A DNA stretch of 64,000 bases from Minisyncoccia bacterium (GCA_041752275.1 JBGSHK010000008.1:70543-134542); one strand, 5' to 3'. Counted from the first letter of the stretch, positions 36,305 to 46,992 are shown. Notes: generated from the letters alone by a model not told the origin. A program made the numbers and translations.

Positions 36305-37732
36305 ATGCCACAATCAAATCTATATACAAACAGAGTTTTTACAAGTCAGCTTAAGGATAAACTAGGTGAAGAGGTTCAAATATTTGGCTGGATACATGTA
36401 CGTCGCGATCAAGGTAAAATGATTTTTTTTGAGATACGCGACAAAGATGGCCTTATTCAAGCTGTTGTTTTACCAAATAAAACAGAGGCTCTTTCCATTG
36501 CAAAAAACTGTCGTGACGAATACGTTATCAAGGCAACTGGTTTGATAAATAAAAGACCTGACAAAAATGTGCAGGAAGGTGTTTTCAATGGAGACATAGA
36601 GATGGAAATAAATGAGATTACTATTATAAATGAGTCAGAGACTCCGCCTTATAACATACATGATTCGAAAGATGTAAATGAAGAAGTGAGGCTAAAATAT
36701 AGATATCTAGATCTTCGTGGAAAAAGAATGCATGAAAACATAATAATGCGTGATAAGATTATAGCTTTTTTTAGAAACTATATGAGGGCTGATGGTTTTG
36801 TTGAAATAGAAACTCCTATACTTATGAAAGGAACCCCAGAGGGTTCAAGAGAGTTTTTGGTACCATCAAGACTACATAATGGTACTTTCTATGCACTACC
36901 TCAATCACCGCAACAGTTTAAACAACTACTTATGGTATCTGGTTTTGAAAGATATTTTCAAATAGCTCGTTGTATGCGTGACGAAGATCAAAGAGGCGAT
37001 AGACAACCTGAGTTTACACAACTAGACTTCGAGATGTCATTTATTGATCAAGAAACGATACTACAATACACAGAGAAAATGTTTATAGACTTAGTTAAAG
37101 GTTTATATCCAAATAAAAAGTTTACAACTATACCATTTACAAGATTAACTTACGCCGAGTCTATGGAAAAGTATGGTTCTGATAAACCAGACCTTAGAGT
37201 CAACAAAGAAGATCTGGATGAATTAGCATTTTGTTGGATTACAGATTTTCCAATGTTTGAGAAAATGAAAGATGGATCCATATCAGCAGCGCACCATCCT
37301 TTTTGTTCAACACATCCTGATGATGAAGAATTGTTCATGTCGTCAAATGCAGGTGATGAAAATCTTTTGAAAATACGCGCCAACTCATATGACTTAGTTT
37401 TGAACGGTTATGAACTTTCATCGGGAAGTATACGTATACATAAAAAAGAAGTACAAAATCATGTGTTTAAACTTCTTGGTATGAATGAAGAGCAAATACA
37501 AGCTAAGTTCGGACACATGTTAGAAGCATTTACTTTTGGATGTCCACCACATGGTGGTTTTGCACCTGGTATAGACAGAGTTGTTATGCTTTTGCAAAAT
37601 GAGCCGAACATACGCGAAGTAATAGCATTTCCAAAGACTGGTGAGGCAAGAGATCTTATGACTGGAGCTCCGGCCACTATGGGTGTGGAGCAGTTGGTTG
37701 AGTTGGGTATAAAGATTGTGGAGGGAAAATAG
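36305..37732 (+). CDS. aspS: Aspartyl-tRNA synthetase, bacterial type, lacking the GAD insertion domain.
   Basis: FGWIHVRRDQG, FEIETPIL, CMRDEDQRGDRQPEFTQLDFEMSF, YGSDKPDLR and GGFAPGIDRVVMLL motifs. Only a short linker sits where the GAD domain would be. Confidence 0.85.
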   Translation: MPQSNLYTNRVFTSQLKDKLGEEVQIFGWIHVRRDQGKMIFFEIRDKDGLIQAVVLPNKTEALSIAKNCRDEYVIKATGLINKRPDKNVQEGVFNGDIEMEINEITIINESETPPYNIHDSKDVNEEVRLKYRYLDLRGKRMHENIIMRDKIIAFFRNYMRADGFVEIETPILMKGTPEGSREFLVPSRLHNGTFYALPQSPQQFKQLLMVSGFERYFQIARCMRDEDQRGDRQPEFTQLDFEMSFIDQETILQYTEKMFIDLVKGLYPNKKFTTIPFTRLTYAESMEKYGSDKPDLRVNKEDLDELAFCWITDFPMFEKMKDGSISAAHHPFCSTHPDDEELFMSSNAGDENLLKIRANSYDLVLNGYELSSGSIRIHKKEVQNHVFKLLGMNEEQIQAKFGHMLEAFTFGCPPHGGFAPGIDRVVMLLQNEPNIREVIAFPKTGEARDLMTGAPATMGVEQLVELGIKIVEGK

Positions 37733-37820
37733 AAATATATATTTCAAAATTTGCACGTGTTATAAAATAAAAACCTCTCACAGATTCGTTCCATGAGAGG
37801 TTGAAGTGTTATTTTTTATA

Positions 37821-38618
37821 TTATCGTTTACGGCGAAGTAATCCAATAATACTAAAAACACTGATGAGTATATTTGTTGATGGTTCAGGTATAACTTCAA
37901 AATTTGAGAGTATACTGTTTCCAGAAAATCCAATAGAAGTATTATCAACAGCACCCTCGAATATGCCATTCCACCCACTTCCGGAATCAACAATCACTCC
38001 GTAAATATAAGTGTTGGCCGAAAGTGGAGTACTATTTGCATGATTTAATCCACCACCAGTTATCCACTCACTTATATCAACGTTATAGTTTTCATTTGCT
38101 CCTTTACCTGTAGTCCATTGCCACAAGTTTGAAGAAATAACATTCTGTGTTTGCCATGTGTCAGTTGGTACAGCGGTATTTCCAGGATTGCTGTTGTAAA
38201 CACTTTCCCAGACGAGGAAACCACTAGTATCACCAACTGTGAAGTTGTTATTACTGTCATTATCATTCCACCACATAATCTTGATTGATGGTTGTAAATG
38301 ATTTGGTACCGTACTTGAAGAGTTTCGGAGCCAATGATATCCCAAGGTGTCAATATTTCCAAGTGTGGTTGCAGTATCAAAAGGGTTTACACCTATAGGA
38401 TTCCATTGATAAGCAAAACCTGCTTTATCTGTCGACGTTGTCAGGTTAAGCTTTAGAGAACCATCTCCGTTTAAAGGATGATTTGCAGTGATTACAGCTG
38501 TTCCGGCACCACGAATGTCATAAGGTGCCCAACCTTGAATATTTGACGGTGTAATTGTAAGGGATGCACCCTTTGCAGAGACATATATCGCCGCTATGAT
38601 AATAATTATTTTTTTCAC
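37821..38618 (-). CDS. Secreted protein with a C-terminal PEP-CTERM-like sorting signal.
   Basis: N-terminal signal peptide MKKIIIIIAAIYVSA. C-terminus VIPEPSTNILISVFSIIGLLRRKR (PEP motif, TM helix, basic tail). Confidence 0.5.
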   Translation of the reverse strand: MKKIIIIIAAIYVSAKGASLTITPSNIQGWAPYDIRGAGTAVITANHPLNGDGSLKLNLTTSTDKAGFAYQWNPIGVNPFDTATTLGNIDTLGYHWLRNSSSTVPNHLQPSIKIMWWNDNDSNNNFTVGDTSGFLVWESVYNSNPGNTAVPTDTWQTQNVISSNLWQWTTGKGANENYNVDISEWITGGGLNHANSTPLSANTYIYGVIVDSGSGWNGIFEGAVDNTSIGFSGNSILSNFEVIPEPSTNILISVFSIIGLLRRKR

Positions 38619-38732
38619 TTTACTTTGTTGTTATTTTTCAGTATCCAGCTACTTAACTAGATTACATTATAATAACATATTTTAATTATATAGTCAAAAT
38701 AAAACCATTGACACACATGTTATAATATCCCT

Positions 38733-39599
38733 ATGAATCAACAAAATTTATTTAAAAATCAATTTCAAAACACTTTAAAGACGTCTCTGCTTATGGCGGG
38801 AATATTTCTCATAGTTGGTGTTTTAGGTTATGGTATATCACTTCGAACAGGTAATATTAACTACTTATATATATTTCTAGTTATAGGTGTTATACAAAAC
38901 ATCATTGCTTATTGGTTTTCTGGATCTATAGCTATAAAGTATTCTGGAGCTATTAAGACTGATCTCAGTACTCCTGATGGTGCTAAGCTACAAAGAACTG
39001 TAGAAAGACTTTCAAATCAAGCTGGGTTACCAACTCCGGAAGTGTACATTATTCCTGATCAAAATATGAATGCTTTTGCCACAGGTAGAAATCAAGCACA
39101 TGCAAAGGTTGCAGCTACACAAGGTTTGATAAATAAACTATCTCAAGACGAACTTGACGGTGTTATGGCGCATGAATTAGCCCACATTGGAAATAAAGAC
39201 ATACTCATATCATCTATGGTTGCTGTTATGGCAGGTATGATAACTCACATGATATATATATTTGCATCAAGAGGGGAAAATAAAAATCCTATTGTTGGTA
39301 TTGCTATCATGATACTTGCTCCATTTGTTGGGTTTATGATACAGATGGCGGTTTCTCGTAGTCGAGAGTTTCAGGCTGATGCGGGTGCCGCTAAGATAAC
39401 AAACAATCCACAAGGATTGATTAATGCGCTTGAAAAGATACATCAAAACAATGTAGAACCTATGCTAAAAGCTGACGAGTCTATGGCACACATGTATATA
39501 GCAAATCCTTTCTCAGGGCAGAATAGTATAAGCAGATTTTTTATGACTCACCCACCTGTTGAGGAGAGGTTAGAGAAGTTGAGGAGTTTGTATTTTTAA
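38733..39599 (+). CDS. htpX: HtpX-like M48 zinc metalloprotease.
   Basis: HELAHIGNKD HExxH motif with TM helices. C-terminal MTHPPVEERL. Confidence 0.85.
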   Translation: MNQQNLFKNQFQNTLKTSLLMAGIFLIVGVLGYGISLRTGNINYLYIFLVIGVIQNIIAYWFSGSIAIKYSGAIKTDLSTPDGAKLQRTVERLSNQAGLPTPEVYIIPDQNMNAFATGRNQAHAKVAATQGLINKLSQDELDGVMAHELAHIGNKDILISSMVAVMAGMITHMIYIFASRGENKNPIVGIAIMILAPFVGFMIQMAVSRSREFQADAGAAKITNNPQGLINALEKIHQNNVEPMLKADESMAHMYIANPFSGQNSISRFFMTHPPVEERLEKLRSLYF

Positions 39600-39653
39600 A
39601 ATAAATATAATAAAAAATGCCAGGACGTTTTAGGTCCTGGAATTGGTTTGGAT

Positions 39654-40115
39654 TTAAATACTATTCGTTTCCATCATAATGTATGTTTCTGGATTAATTA
39701 TTGTGTTCATATCTAACACCTCAACAGAAGATGTTAATGGGTTTATTTTTAATAATCTATCTACACATATTACTAAAATAGTATCTGTGTGCATTGCTGG
39801 TAAAAGTAAAGTATTCAAATCTTCTAGAAGGAATCTAATTAGAGTTGAAATACGACAAGGTCTAATTACTTTTTTTATTTTCATTTTTTCCAACAACTTA
39901 TCATGAGTTGTTGTTGTGCTATTGTCCATAACATACATCATTAATTGAAGTTTGATGGTTATAAAATATTCAAACTCAATCAACAAGATATCATCATTAG
40001 GAAATATTTGACTGAGAGTGGAATCTTTAAATCTCCTTTTTACAAATCTTAAACTTTTTTTGGATTTGGGTAATCCACAAATAATCTGAGGATGTTCAAA
40101 AAATCTTATATCCAT
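39654..40115 (-). CDS. Hypothetical protein.
   Basis: 153-aa ORF. Confidence 0.3.
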   Translation of the reverse strand: MDIRFFEHPQIICGLPKSKKSLRFVKRRFKDSTLSQIFPNDDILLIEFEYFITIKLQLMMYVMDNSTTTTHDKLLEKMKIKKVIRPCRISTLIRFLLEDLNTLLLPAMHTDTILVICVDRLLKINPLTSSVEVLDMNTIINPETYIMMETNSI

Positions 40116-40177
40116 AATATGTATTGGTTGTAGGTTCTACTTAAATGAGTATAATGTTATTATTGATAAAATCAATA

Positions 40178-40264
40178 GGAGAGATGGCTGAGCGGTTTAA
40201 AGTACCACCTTGGAAAGGTGGCGTATGCGAAAGTGTACCGGGAGTTCGAATCTCCCTCTCTCCG
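40178..40264 (+). tRNA. tRNA-Ser (anticodon GGA) with a long variable arm. CCA is not encoded.
   Basis: GGAGAGA acceptor stem. Anticodon stem-loop CCACC-TTGGAAA-GGTGG. Long extra arm. T-arm GGGAG-TTCGAAT-CTCCC. 3' acceptor TCTCTCC plus discriminator G. Confidence 0.85.
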
Positions 40265-40314
40265 CAAATTGTGCTAATATATAAACATAAATTAATTATT
40301 AATAAACAAAAATC

Positions 40315-40725
40315 ATGGCAATATTAAAAATATTATTATTAACAGTTATAACTTTCACGGGAGGGTCCTTATGGTTTTCAAAACTATTTGGTAAAACATG
40401 GATGAAAATACATCATGATAAAGACAAAACTCCAGAAGAGATAAAGAAAGATATGAAAGGTATGTGGAAATTTATGACTGCAGAGTTTGTATTAACTTTT
40501 ATTATAAACTTAACTCTATTTTTCATAGCTAGTGCATCTGATAGCCTATATGTTGCTTTGATATCTACATTTATATTGTGGTTTGGTTTTATTTTACCAA
40601 CAACGGTATCCAATATTATATGGGGAGGGGATGCACATAAATGGATGGTTAAAAAAATAGCTATCAGCTCAGGTTATAGATTGCTTGCTATGTTGTTTAC
40701 GGTTTGGATTTTGTTTGTTTGGTAG
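40315..40725 (+). CDS. Membrane protein (hypothetical, four TM helices).
   Basis: Hydrophobic segments only. Confidence 0.35.
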   Translation: MAILKILLLTVITFTGGSLWFSKLFGKTWMKIHHDKDKTPEEIKKDMKGMWKFMTAEFVLTFIINLTLFFIASASDSLYVALISTFILWFGFILPTTVSNIIWGGDAHKWMVKKIAISSGYRLLAMLFTVWILFVW

Positions 40726-40771
40726 GAATAATGTTGTTGGTCTAATTTAAATTCATATGTATTCATATGTA

Positions 40772-40806
40772 TAAAAAAAGCTCCACCGGATTTTATGTCC
40801 GGTGGT
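40772..40806 (-). terminator. Rho-independent terminator for the minus-strand 129-aa gene.
   Basis: CCACCGGA / TCCGGTGG stem. The T-run on the minus strand is the AAAAAAA at 40773-40779 on the plus strand. Confidence 0.55.
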
Positions 40807-40820
40807 CTTTGAGGTTAAAT

Positions 40821-41210
40821 TCACACTCGCCTGGGAACAAGTGTGCTTGTATCGACAGATTGATTTTTCTTTAACTCTTCTATAATTTTTTCGATCAAAT
40901 CATCATTCAATACTAAAGATTGATCAATTTCTTGGCTTCCGGGATTTATTATTTCTGCCACTGAATTTTCTGGATCAGTAAGCATTTGTGTTGAAGTATC
41001 CTTAGCTAATATCAATATCCCTTTTATTCCCTCGATTGCCTCCTCAAGGGTTTTAAAATAAGGTATAGAGCTTAATATTGGCCTATAACGTTTATCTTTT
41101 TCGTGAATAATTGCAAAGGAAAATAAACTACCTTCCTCCGAACCTTGTCCAACGCTTAAATGGATATTATAAGCGTTTGTAAAAATAACTAAAGCACTGT
41201 GCCTGTTCAT
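40821..41210 (-). CDS. Hypothetical protein.
   Basis: 129-aa ORF. Confidence 0.35.
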   Translation of the reverse strand: MNRHSALVIFTNAYNIHLSVGQGSEEGSLFSFAIIHEKDKRYRPILSSIPYFKTLEEAIEGIKGILILAKDTSTQMLTDPENSVAEIINPGSQEIDQSLVLNDDLIEKIIEELKKNQSVDTSTLVPRRV

Positions 41211-41352
41211 GTTTGTATATGTTAATGTTTTATTCTGACTTTTTTCATACTATCAAAAACCATATGATTTGCAACCAATTATATAAATATTTTGATTATT
41301 TGTTATGTTTATAAAAAATTACTATTGTTGATTTTTATGATATAATCCACTT

Positions 41353-42534
41353 ATGTCATCCGATAACCAAAGTAAAATAGACCAACTTTTAACTCGTGGA
41401 GTTGCTGAAATCATAGATAAAGATAATTTACTAAAAAAACTTAACTCAGGAAAAGAGCTGAGAATAAAGCTCGGCATAGATCCAACTAGTCCAAACATAC
41501 ACTTAGGACGCTCTATTCCACTTTTAAAACTTCGAGATTTTCAAGATTTAGGTCATAAGATAGTTTTACTCATAGGTGATTTTACAGGACTTATTGGAGA
41601 TACATCGGATAAAGAAAGTGAAAGACCTATGCTTTCAAAGGAGACTATAAAAACTAACTTAGAAACATATATAGAACAAGCTGGAAAAATACTTGATATA
41701 TCAAAAGTTGAAGTTGTTTATAACAGTACATGGTTATCTAAGTTAAACTATTTTGACATTTGTGAGCAAGCTGATTTATTTTCTATAAACCAGTTTATAT
41801 CTCGTGAAAATATTTCGAAAAGATTTGATGAAGGTAAAAGAGTGTCACTTCGTGAATTGATGTATCCACTTATGCAAGGCTATGATTCTGTAGAATTAAA
41901 GGCTGATGTTGAGATTGGTGGAACTGATCAAAAGTTTAATTTACTTGCAGGACGTGATTTACAGAGACATTATAAACAAGAGACTCAAGATATTATTATG
42001 GGTCCAATCATAGAAGGATTGGATGGAAGAAAAATGAGTTCAAGTTATGGAAATGGTGTAAATCTTATGGATACTGCAAATGATATGTTTGGAAAAATAA
42101 TGTCGTTAAATGATGAGTTTATTATTAAATATTTTAAACTTGCAACTCGTGTTGATTTAGGGAAAATAAAAGAATATGAAGATGAGTTGAAAAAACCAGA
42201 AACAAACCCTCGAGACATAAAAATCCTCTTAGGAAAAGAGATTGTTAAAATGTATCACTCAGCTGAAGATGCTGATAAAGCAGAACAATATTTTATAAAT
42301 ACATTTACAAAAAAAGAGATTCCTGATGATATAGAGGAGATTACACCTACAGATTACAATATTATAAGTGTACTTTTAGAGTCTAAACTTGTTGAGTCAA
42401 AAGGCGAGGCAAAACGTGTGATAGAGCAGGGTGGAGTTAGGGTAAACAGTGAGGTTGTGTCAAGTCTTGACGTCAATATTGACAAGGATTCTGTTATACA
42501 AAAAGGTAAGATGGGATTTGTAAGAGTAAGGTAG
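41353..42534 (+). CDS. tyrS: Tyrosyl-tRNA synthetase (class I, with a C-terminal S4-like domain).
   Basis: HIGH-region PNIHLGR. KMSSS motif. C-terminal S4-like EAKRVIEQGGVRVN. Confidence 0.65.
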   Translation: MSSDNQSKIDQLLTRGVAEIIDKDNLLKKLNSGKELRIKLGIDPTSPNIHLGRSIPLLKLRDFQDLGHKIVLLIGDFTGLIGDTSDKESERPMLSKETIKTNLETYIEQAGKILDISKVEVVYNSTWLSKLNYFDICEQADLFSINQFISRENISKRFDEGKRVSLRELMYPLMQGYDSVELKADVEIGGTDQKFNLLAGRDLQRHYKQETQDIIMGPIIEGLDGRKMSSSYGNGVNLMDTANDMFGKIMSLNDEFIIKYFKLATRVDLGKIKEYEDELKKPETNPRDIKILLGKEIVKMYHSAEDADKAEQYFINTFTKKEIPDDIEEITPTDYNIISVLLESKLVESKGEAKRVIEQGGVRVNSEVVSSLDVNIDKDSVIQKGKMGFVRVR

Positions 42535-42784
42535 ATTTTATGTTTTCTTTATAATTCCTTCATTATTTATTTGGAAAATCTTTATGAGAACTTTATCTCC
42601 GGTGTTTTATTATGTGTAAATGATAAACAAAAATATTTATGATCAATGGAATAATAAAAAGAAGAATATAACTCAAAATAACATTTTTTTAGAGAAAGAG
42701 ATGTTTGGTGGTGTAAGTTGGGTAAAAATAATGTTAATTTGATGTCAAATTTATAAAAATAATCAAATATGATATAATCCCCAT

Positions 42785-44398
42785 ATGCAAGACATCATCA
42801 ACAAAATCTTCCCTGAAAACCTTCCTTCAATACAAGAACTTGAGGCAAAATACCCCCTAAGGGATTTGTCACCTACAGCCATGGTAACTCGTATCTGCCC
42901 ATCACCAACAGGGTTTATGCATCTGGGTACTATTTATGCTTCATTACTTAATAAAAAATTTGCTGATCAAACAAACGGAGTTTTTTACCTGAGAATAGAA
43001 GATACTGATAAAAAAAGAGAAGTTGAAGGTGCTAAGGAAATAATCCATAGTTCATTAAAGGATTATGATTTAACTTATGATAAAAATCCTGAATACGGAC
43101 CATATATACAGTCAGAAAGAAAAGATATTTATGCCGCATATGCAAAACATTTATTTTCCAAGGGAGACGCTTACTTATGTTTTTGTACAGAAGACGAGCT
43201 TAAAATCGCCACAGAAGAACAAGAGAGATTGAAAATGAAAAGAGGATATTATGGAAAATGGGCAATATGGAGAGATGCTCCGATAGAAAAAGTTCTGGCA
43301 GAGCTCTCTAAGGGAATACCGTACGTTATACGTTTCAGATCTCATGGAAATGGTGAAAAAACTTTTACACATAAAGATTTATTAAAAGGTGATATTACTT
43401 TACCAGAAAACGATATGGATGTACCATTACTTAAAAAAGATAATGGTTTACCGACTTATCATTTGGCACACGTTGTTGATGACCATCTGATGAGAACAAC
43501 AGACGTACTTCGAGGTGATGAATGGTTATCATCTATTCCTCTTCATTATGATTTATTCCAATCCCTTGGTTTTCCTATAGTTCGATATGGTCATATTTCT
43601 CCAATAAATAAAATGGATGGATCAAGTCGTAGAAAATTATCAAAAAGAAAAGATCTAGAGGCCAACGTTGCTTTTTTTAAAGAAAAAGGTTTTGTTGTAT
43701 CAGCTGTTATTGAATATCTACTAAACCTTGCTAACTCAAACTTTGAAGATTGGCGAAAGGAAAACCCTGAAAAAGATTATACTGAATTTAATCTTACGAT
43801 AGAAAAATTGGCAAAAAGTAATGGACCACTATATGACGAAACAAAACTTAGGGATATTGCAAAAGAAAAGATTGCTTTGATGACATCAGAAAAAGTTTTT
43901 GAACATGTTTTGATCTGGGCACAAACTTATGATCAGTATTTTTATGAACTATTAAATTCAAATTCAGAATATTGGCATAAAATTTTCAATATAGAAAGAG
44001 GAGGAGATAGTATACGTAAAGATATCGCTATATGGTCTGAGGTTTATGATTTCTATAGTTTTTTTGATATAGAAAAATTTAGCAAACCTGATTGGGGTAA
44101 CTTAAAAACAGTTTTTACAGTTGATGAAATAAAAAATATATTATCAGAGTACAAAGATATATATGATGAATCTGATACTAAAGATATATGGTTGGGTAAA
44201 GTTAAAGGCTTGTGTCCAAAGTTTGGTTTAGCACCCGATATAAAGGCTTATAAAGCCGATAAGGATGCTTATAAAGGGCATGTTGGTGAGTTAACTCAAG
44301 TGTTACGTTTTGCTATTACAGGACGAACACAGAGCCCGGATATCTATGAGATATTGCAGGTTTTGGGGAGGGAGGTTGTTATAAAAAGACTTTCTTAA
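42785..44398 (+). CDS. gltX: Glutamyl-tRNA synthetase (GluRS/GlxRS).
   Basis: PSPTGFMHLG HIGH motif and KLSKR motif. Confidence 0.85.
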   Translation: MQDIINKIFPENLPSIQELEAKYPLRDLSPTAMVTRICPSPTGFMHLGTIYASLLNKKFADQTNGVFYLRIEDTDKKREVEGAKEIIHSSLKDYDLTYDKNPEYGPYIQSERKDIYAAYAKHLFSKGDAYLCFCTEDELKIATEEQERLKMKRGYYGKWAIWRDAPIEKVLAELSKGIPYVIRFRSHGNGEKTFTHKDLLKGDITLPENDMDVPLLKKDNGLPTYHLAHVVDDHLMRTTDVLRGDEWLSSIPLHYDLFQSLGFPIVRYGHISPINKMDGSSRRKLSKRKDLEANVAFFKEKGFVVSAVIEYLLNLANSNFEDWRKENPEKDYTEFNLTIEKLAKSNGPLYDETKLRDIAKEKIALMTSEKVFEHVLIWAQTYDQYFYELLNSNSEYWHKIFNIERGGDSIRKDIAIWSEVYDFYSFFDIEKFSKPDWGNLKTVFTVDEIKNILSEYKDIYDESDTKDIWLGKVKGLCPKFGLAPDIKAYKADKDAYKGHVGELTQVLRFAITGRTQSPDIYEILQVLGREVVIKRLS

Positions 44399-46992
44399 CT
44401 CTTTACAAACCTCATAAACACCCATTTCGTCAACTCAATCAAAGCTATATTCAACACATTCCAAAGAACAATAATCCAAACATGTTCCATTCCAACAAAA
44501 GATAAATCAAAAATATCTCTCATAAAAGCAAAGCTTGTTGTTGCAACAATCAACACATAACCTATAAGGTTTGCAATGTTTAATCTTATATTTGAAAATG
44601 GATTGTATTGAAAAATAAGTTTATCTAGGTTTTTAAATGAATAAGATATAGTTAAAGCATATGTTGCAAAACATGTAAATAATATAGTTTTAGCCAAGCC
44701 AGTGTCTTGTATGTTTTTTTGTAATATAAAATACAGAATAAATAAAAGTATAGAGGAAACTGTACCTATACCAAGGGCCATAAATTTTACTTTAAAGTTA
44801 AAAATCTTTTCATTTATCTTATTTTTATTAAAACTATAATCCTTATCATAGGCAAAAGCTAAAGCGGGAAGTGTACCTGTAAGTATATTTATCCATATGA
44901 TTTGCAATGCGTTGAGTGGAATAGATAAACCAACAATCAAAGCACCTGTAACAACAAACACAGCATCGAGCGATGCTGACATAAGATAAATAAAAACTTT
45001 TTGTATATTTGATTTTATTTTATGTCCCTCTGATATAGTATTTACTATAGTTTTAAAATCATTGTCTATAAGTATCATATCTGCTGCACCTTTGGCCACG
45101 TCCGTTGCTGAGGCAAGTGATATACCTATATCCATAGCATTCAGTGCTGGAGCGTCATTAACGCCGTCACCGGTCATGGCAACTATTTCACCTAAACTCC
45201 TATATAGATTTCCAATACGTAGCTTATCTTCAGGTGTAACACGTGCAAATATTTTCACATACGGAAGTGTTTTAATAAGCTCATCATCGCTCATACTTTT
45301 TATTTGATCACCGGTCAAGATCTCATCATCTGTAGTTTTTATACCAACTTGTTCACCGATGTATTTTACAGTACCGGCAAGATCACCTGATATTATTTTA
45401 ACTTTTACACCTTTAGATTGTATTTCTTTAACATAAGTGTGTATGTGTGGTCTCAATATATCTGAAAAAGAAAACATACCTAAAAGCTCAAGGTTTTCTA
45501 TACTGTCTTTTATATGTGTATGAGAACTAAGTTTACCTACAGCCACAAGTCTTTTACCTTGCTCAGATAATGTTTTAAGATGATTAATAAGTAAGTTTTG
45601 CTGCTGGGGATTTAACTTTGAGTTTTTGATAAGTACATCAGGTGCACCTAGTATTATTTTTTCTTTAGTATGCAAACTTTCAGATACAGAATATTTATTT
45701 GACGAGTTAAAAGGTAGAGTAACTTTATTTTTAATAATATTTTCTATATCAATGTCTAATACATATAAACTTTTTAAAATAACTATATCGAAAGCACTAC
45801 CTGTGTATATCCAATTGTCTTTATTGTCAGTTATTTTATCTACATCAGACTGTATGTTTAAATATGCAGTTTTTAATAAATCTTTATGTTTTGTGTGTAG
45901 GAGCTTTATATCACGAGTTTCTATTTTGGAGTCAAGTAACTCTTCTAGAGTGTATATATTTTCCAAAGATAACTGAGCCTTAGTAAGAGTACCTGTTTTG
46001 TCAGTTAATATAAGTGTTGTAGAACCGAGTGTCTCTGCAGCAGATAGTTTACGTACAAGACCTCCTTTTTTAGATATGTTTAAAACTCCTATAGAAAGTA
46101 TAACTGTCAAAGCTATAGGCAAGGCTTCGGGAACAGCTCCAACGGCAACAGCTGAAGCAAGTACAAGCATGTCAAGCATACTTTCACCTCGACTTACTCC
46201 AAGAGAAAATATAAGAATAACTATAGCTACGGCAACAACTAATATATACCAAGATATTTGCTTAACAGCTTTTTGTGTAGGTGTTTCCGCTTTTTCTGTT
46301 TGTGATATAGAAGACGCTATTTTTCCTATCTCTGTGTTACTACCAGTATTTGTAACTATAGCAAGCCCATTACCATTGGTTACATATGTACCCGCATAGA
46401 GATAATTGTGTCTATCAATAAGGGCATTTGATGTAGATATCTCTATGTTTTTACTTGAAGGTATTGATTCACCGGTTATTATTGATTCATCTATTTTTAA
46501 ATCGTTGGCTTCTATGATTGAAGCGTCGGCAGGTATACGAGATCCGTAGGCTATAACAAGTATGTCACCAGGAACTATATCGGCTGCATCTATATCTTGT
46601 ACTTTATCATTTCTTAAAACTTTTGCTTTATCTTTTATAAATGATTTTAGTTTTTCTACAGTGTTTTCTGCTTTAAACTCTTGATAGGTTGAAAAAGATA
46701 CGTTTATAAGCACAGCTCCAAATATAACAATAGACTCAATAACTTCTTTTAAATAAAGAGTAACACCACCTGCAAATATAAGTATAAAAATAAGTGGACT
46801 TAAAAACTGTATGAAGAAAAGTTTTAAAAGACCATTTTTCTTTTTATCTTCTATTGTGTTCTTACCGTATTTATCGAGCCTTTCTTTTGCATCATTGTCA
46901 TTTAAACCCTCATCACAGGATTCCTGTATTTCAAATAATGTTTCTTTTTGCAATAACCAATATTCAGTATTCATATGTGTGTATTGTAACAT
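44395..46992 (-). CDS. P-type cation-transporting ATPase (P2/P3 type).
   Basis: ILTDKTGTLT phosphorylation motif. MTGDGVNDAPAL hinge motif. Ten TM helices. The true start may be the internal MNTEYW Met. Confidence 0.85.
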   Translation of the reverse strand: MLQYTHMNTEYWLLQKETLFEIQESCDEGLNDNDAKERLDKYGKNTIEDKKKNGLLKLFFIQFLSPLIFILIFAGGVTLYLKEVIESIVIFGAVLINVSFSTYQEFKAENTVEKLKSFIKDKAKVLRNDKVQDIDAADIVPGDILVIAYGSRIPADASIIEANDLKIDESIITGESIPSSKNIEISTSNALIDRHNYLYAGTYVTNGNGLAIVTNTGSNTEIGKIASSISQTEKAETPTQKAVKQISWYILVVAVAIVILIFSLGVSRGESMLDMLVLASAVAVGAVPEALPIALTVILSIGVLNISKKGGLVRKLSAAETLGSTTLILTDKTGTLTKAQLSLENIYTLEELLDSKIETRDIKLLHTKHKDLLKTAYLNIQSDVDKITDNKDNWIYTGSAFDIVILKSLYVLDIDIENIIKNKVTLPFNSSNKYSVSESLHTKEKIILGAPDVLIKNSKLNPQQQNLLINHLKTLSEQGKRLVAVGKLSSHTHIKDSIENLELLGMFSFSDILRPHIHTYVKEIQSKGVKVKIISGDLAGTVKYIGEQVGIKTTDDEILTGDQIKSMSDDELIKTLPYVKIFARVTPEDKLRIGNLYRSLGEIVAMTGDGVNDAPALNAMDIGISLASATDVAKGAADMILIDNDFKTIVNTISEGHKIKSNIQKVFIYLMSASLDAVFVVTGALIVGLSIPLNALQIIWINILTGTLPALAFAYDKDYSFNKNKINEKIFNFKVKFMALGIGTVSSILLFILYFILQKNIQDTGLAKTILFTCFATYALTISYSFKNLDKLIFQYNPFSNIRLNIANLIGYVLIVATTSFAFMRDIFDLSFVGMEHVWIIVLWNVLNIALIELTKWVFMRFVKS

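Noticed and set aside
40145-40327. 60-aa ORF on the plus strand
   Set aside because: It lies entirely over the tRNA-Ser(GGA) gene at 40178-40264, so it is spurious.
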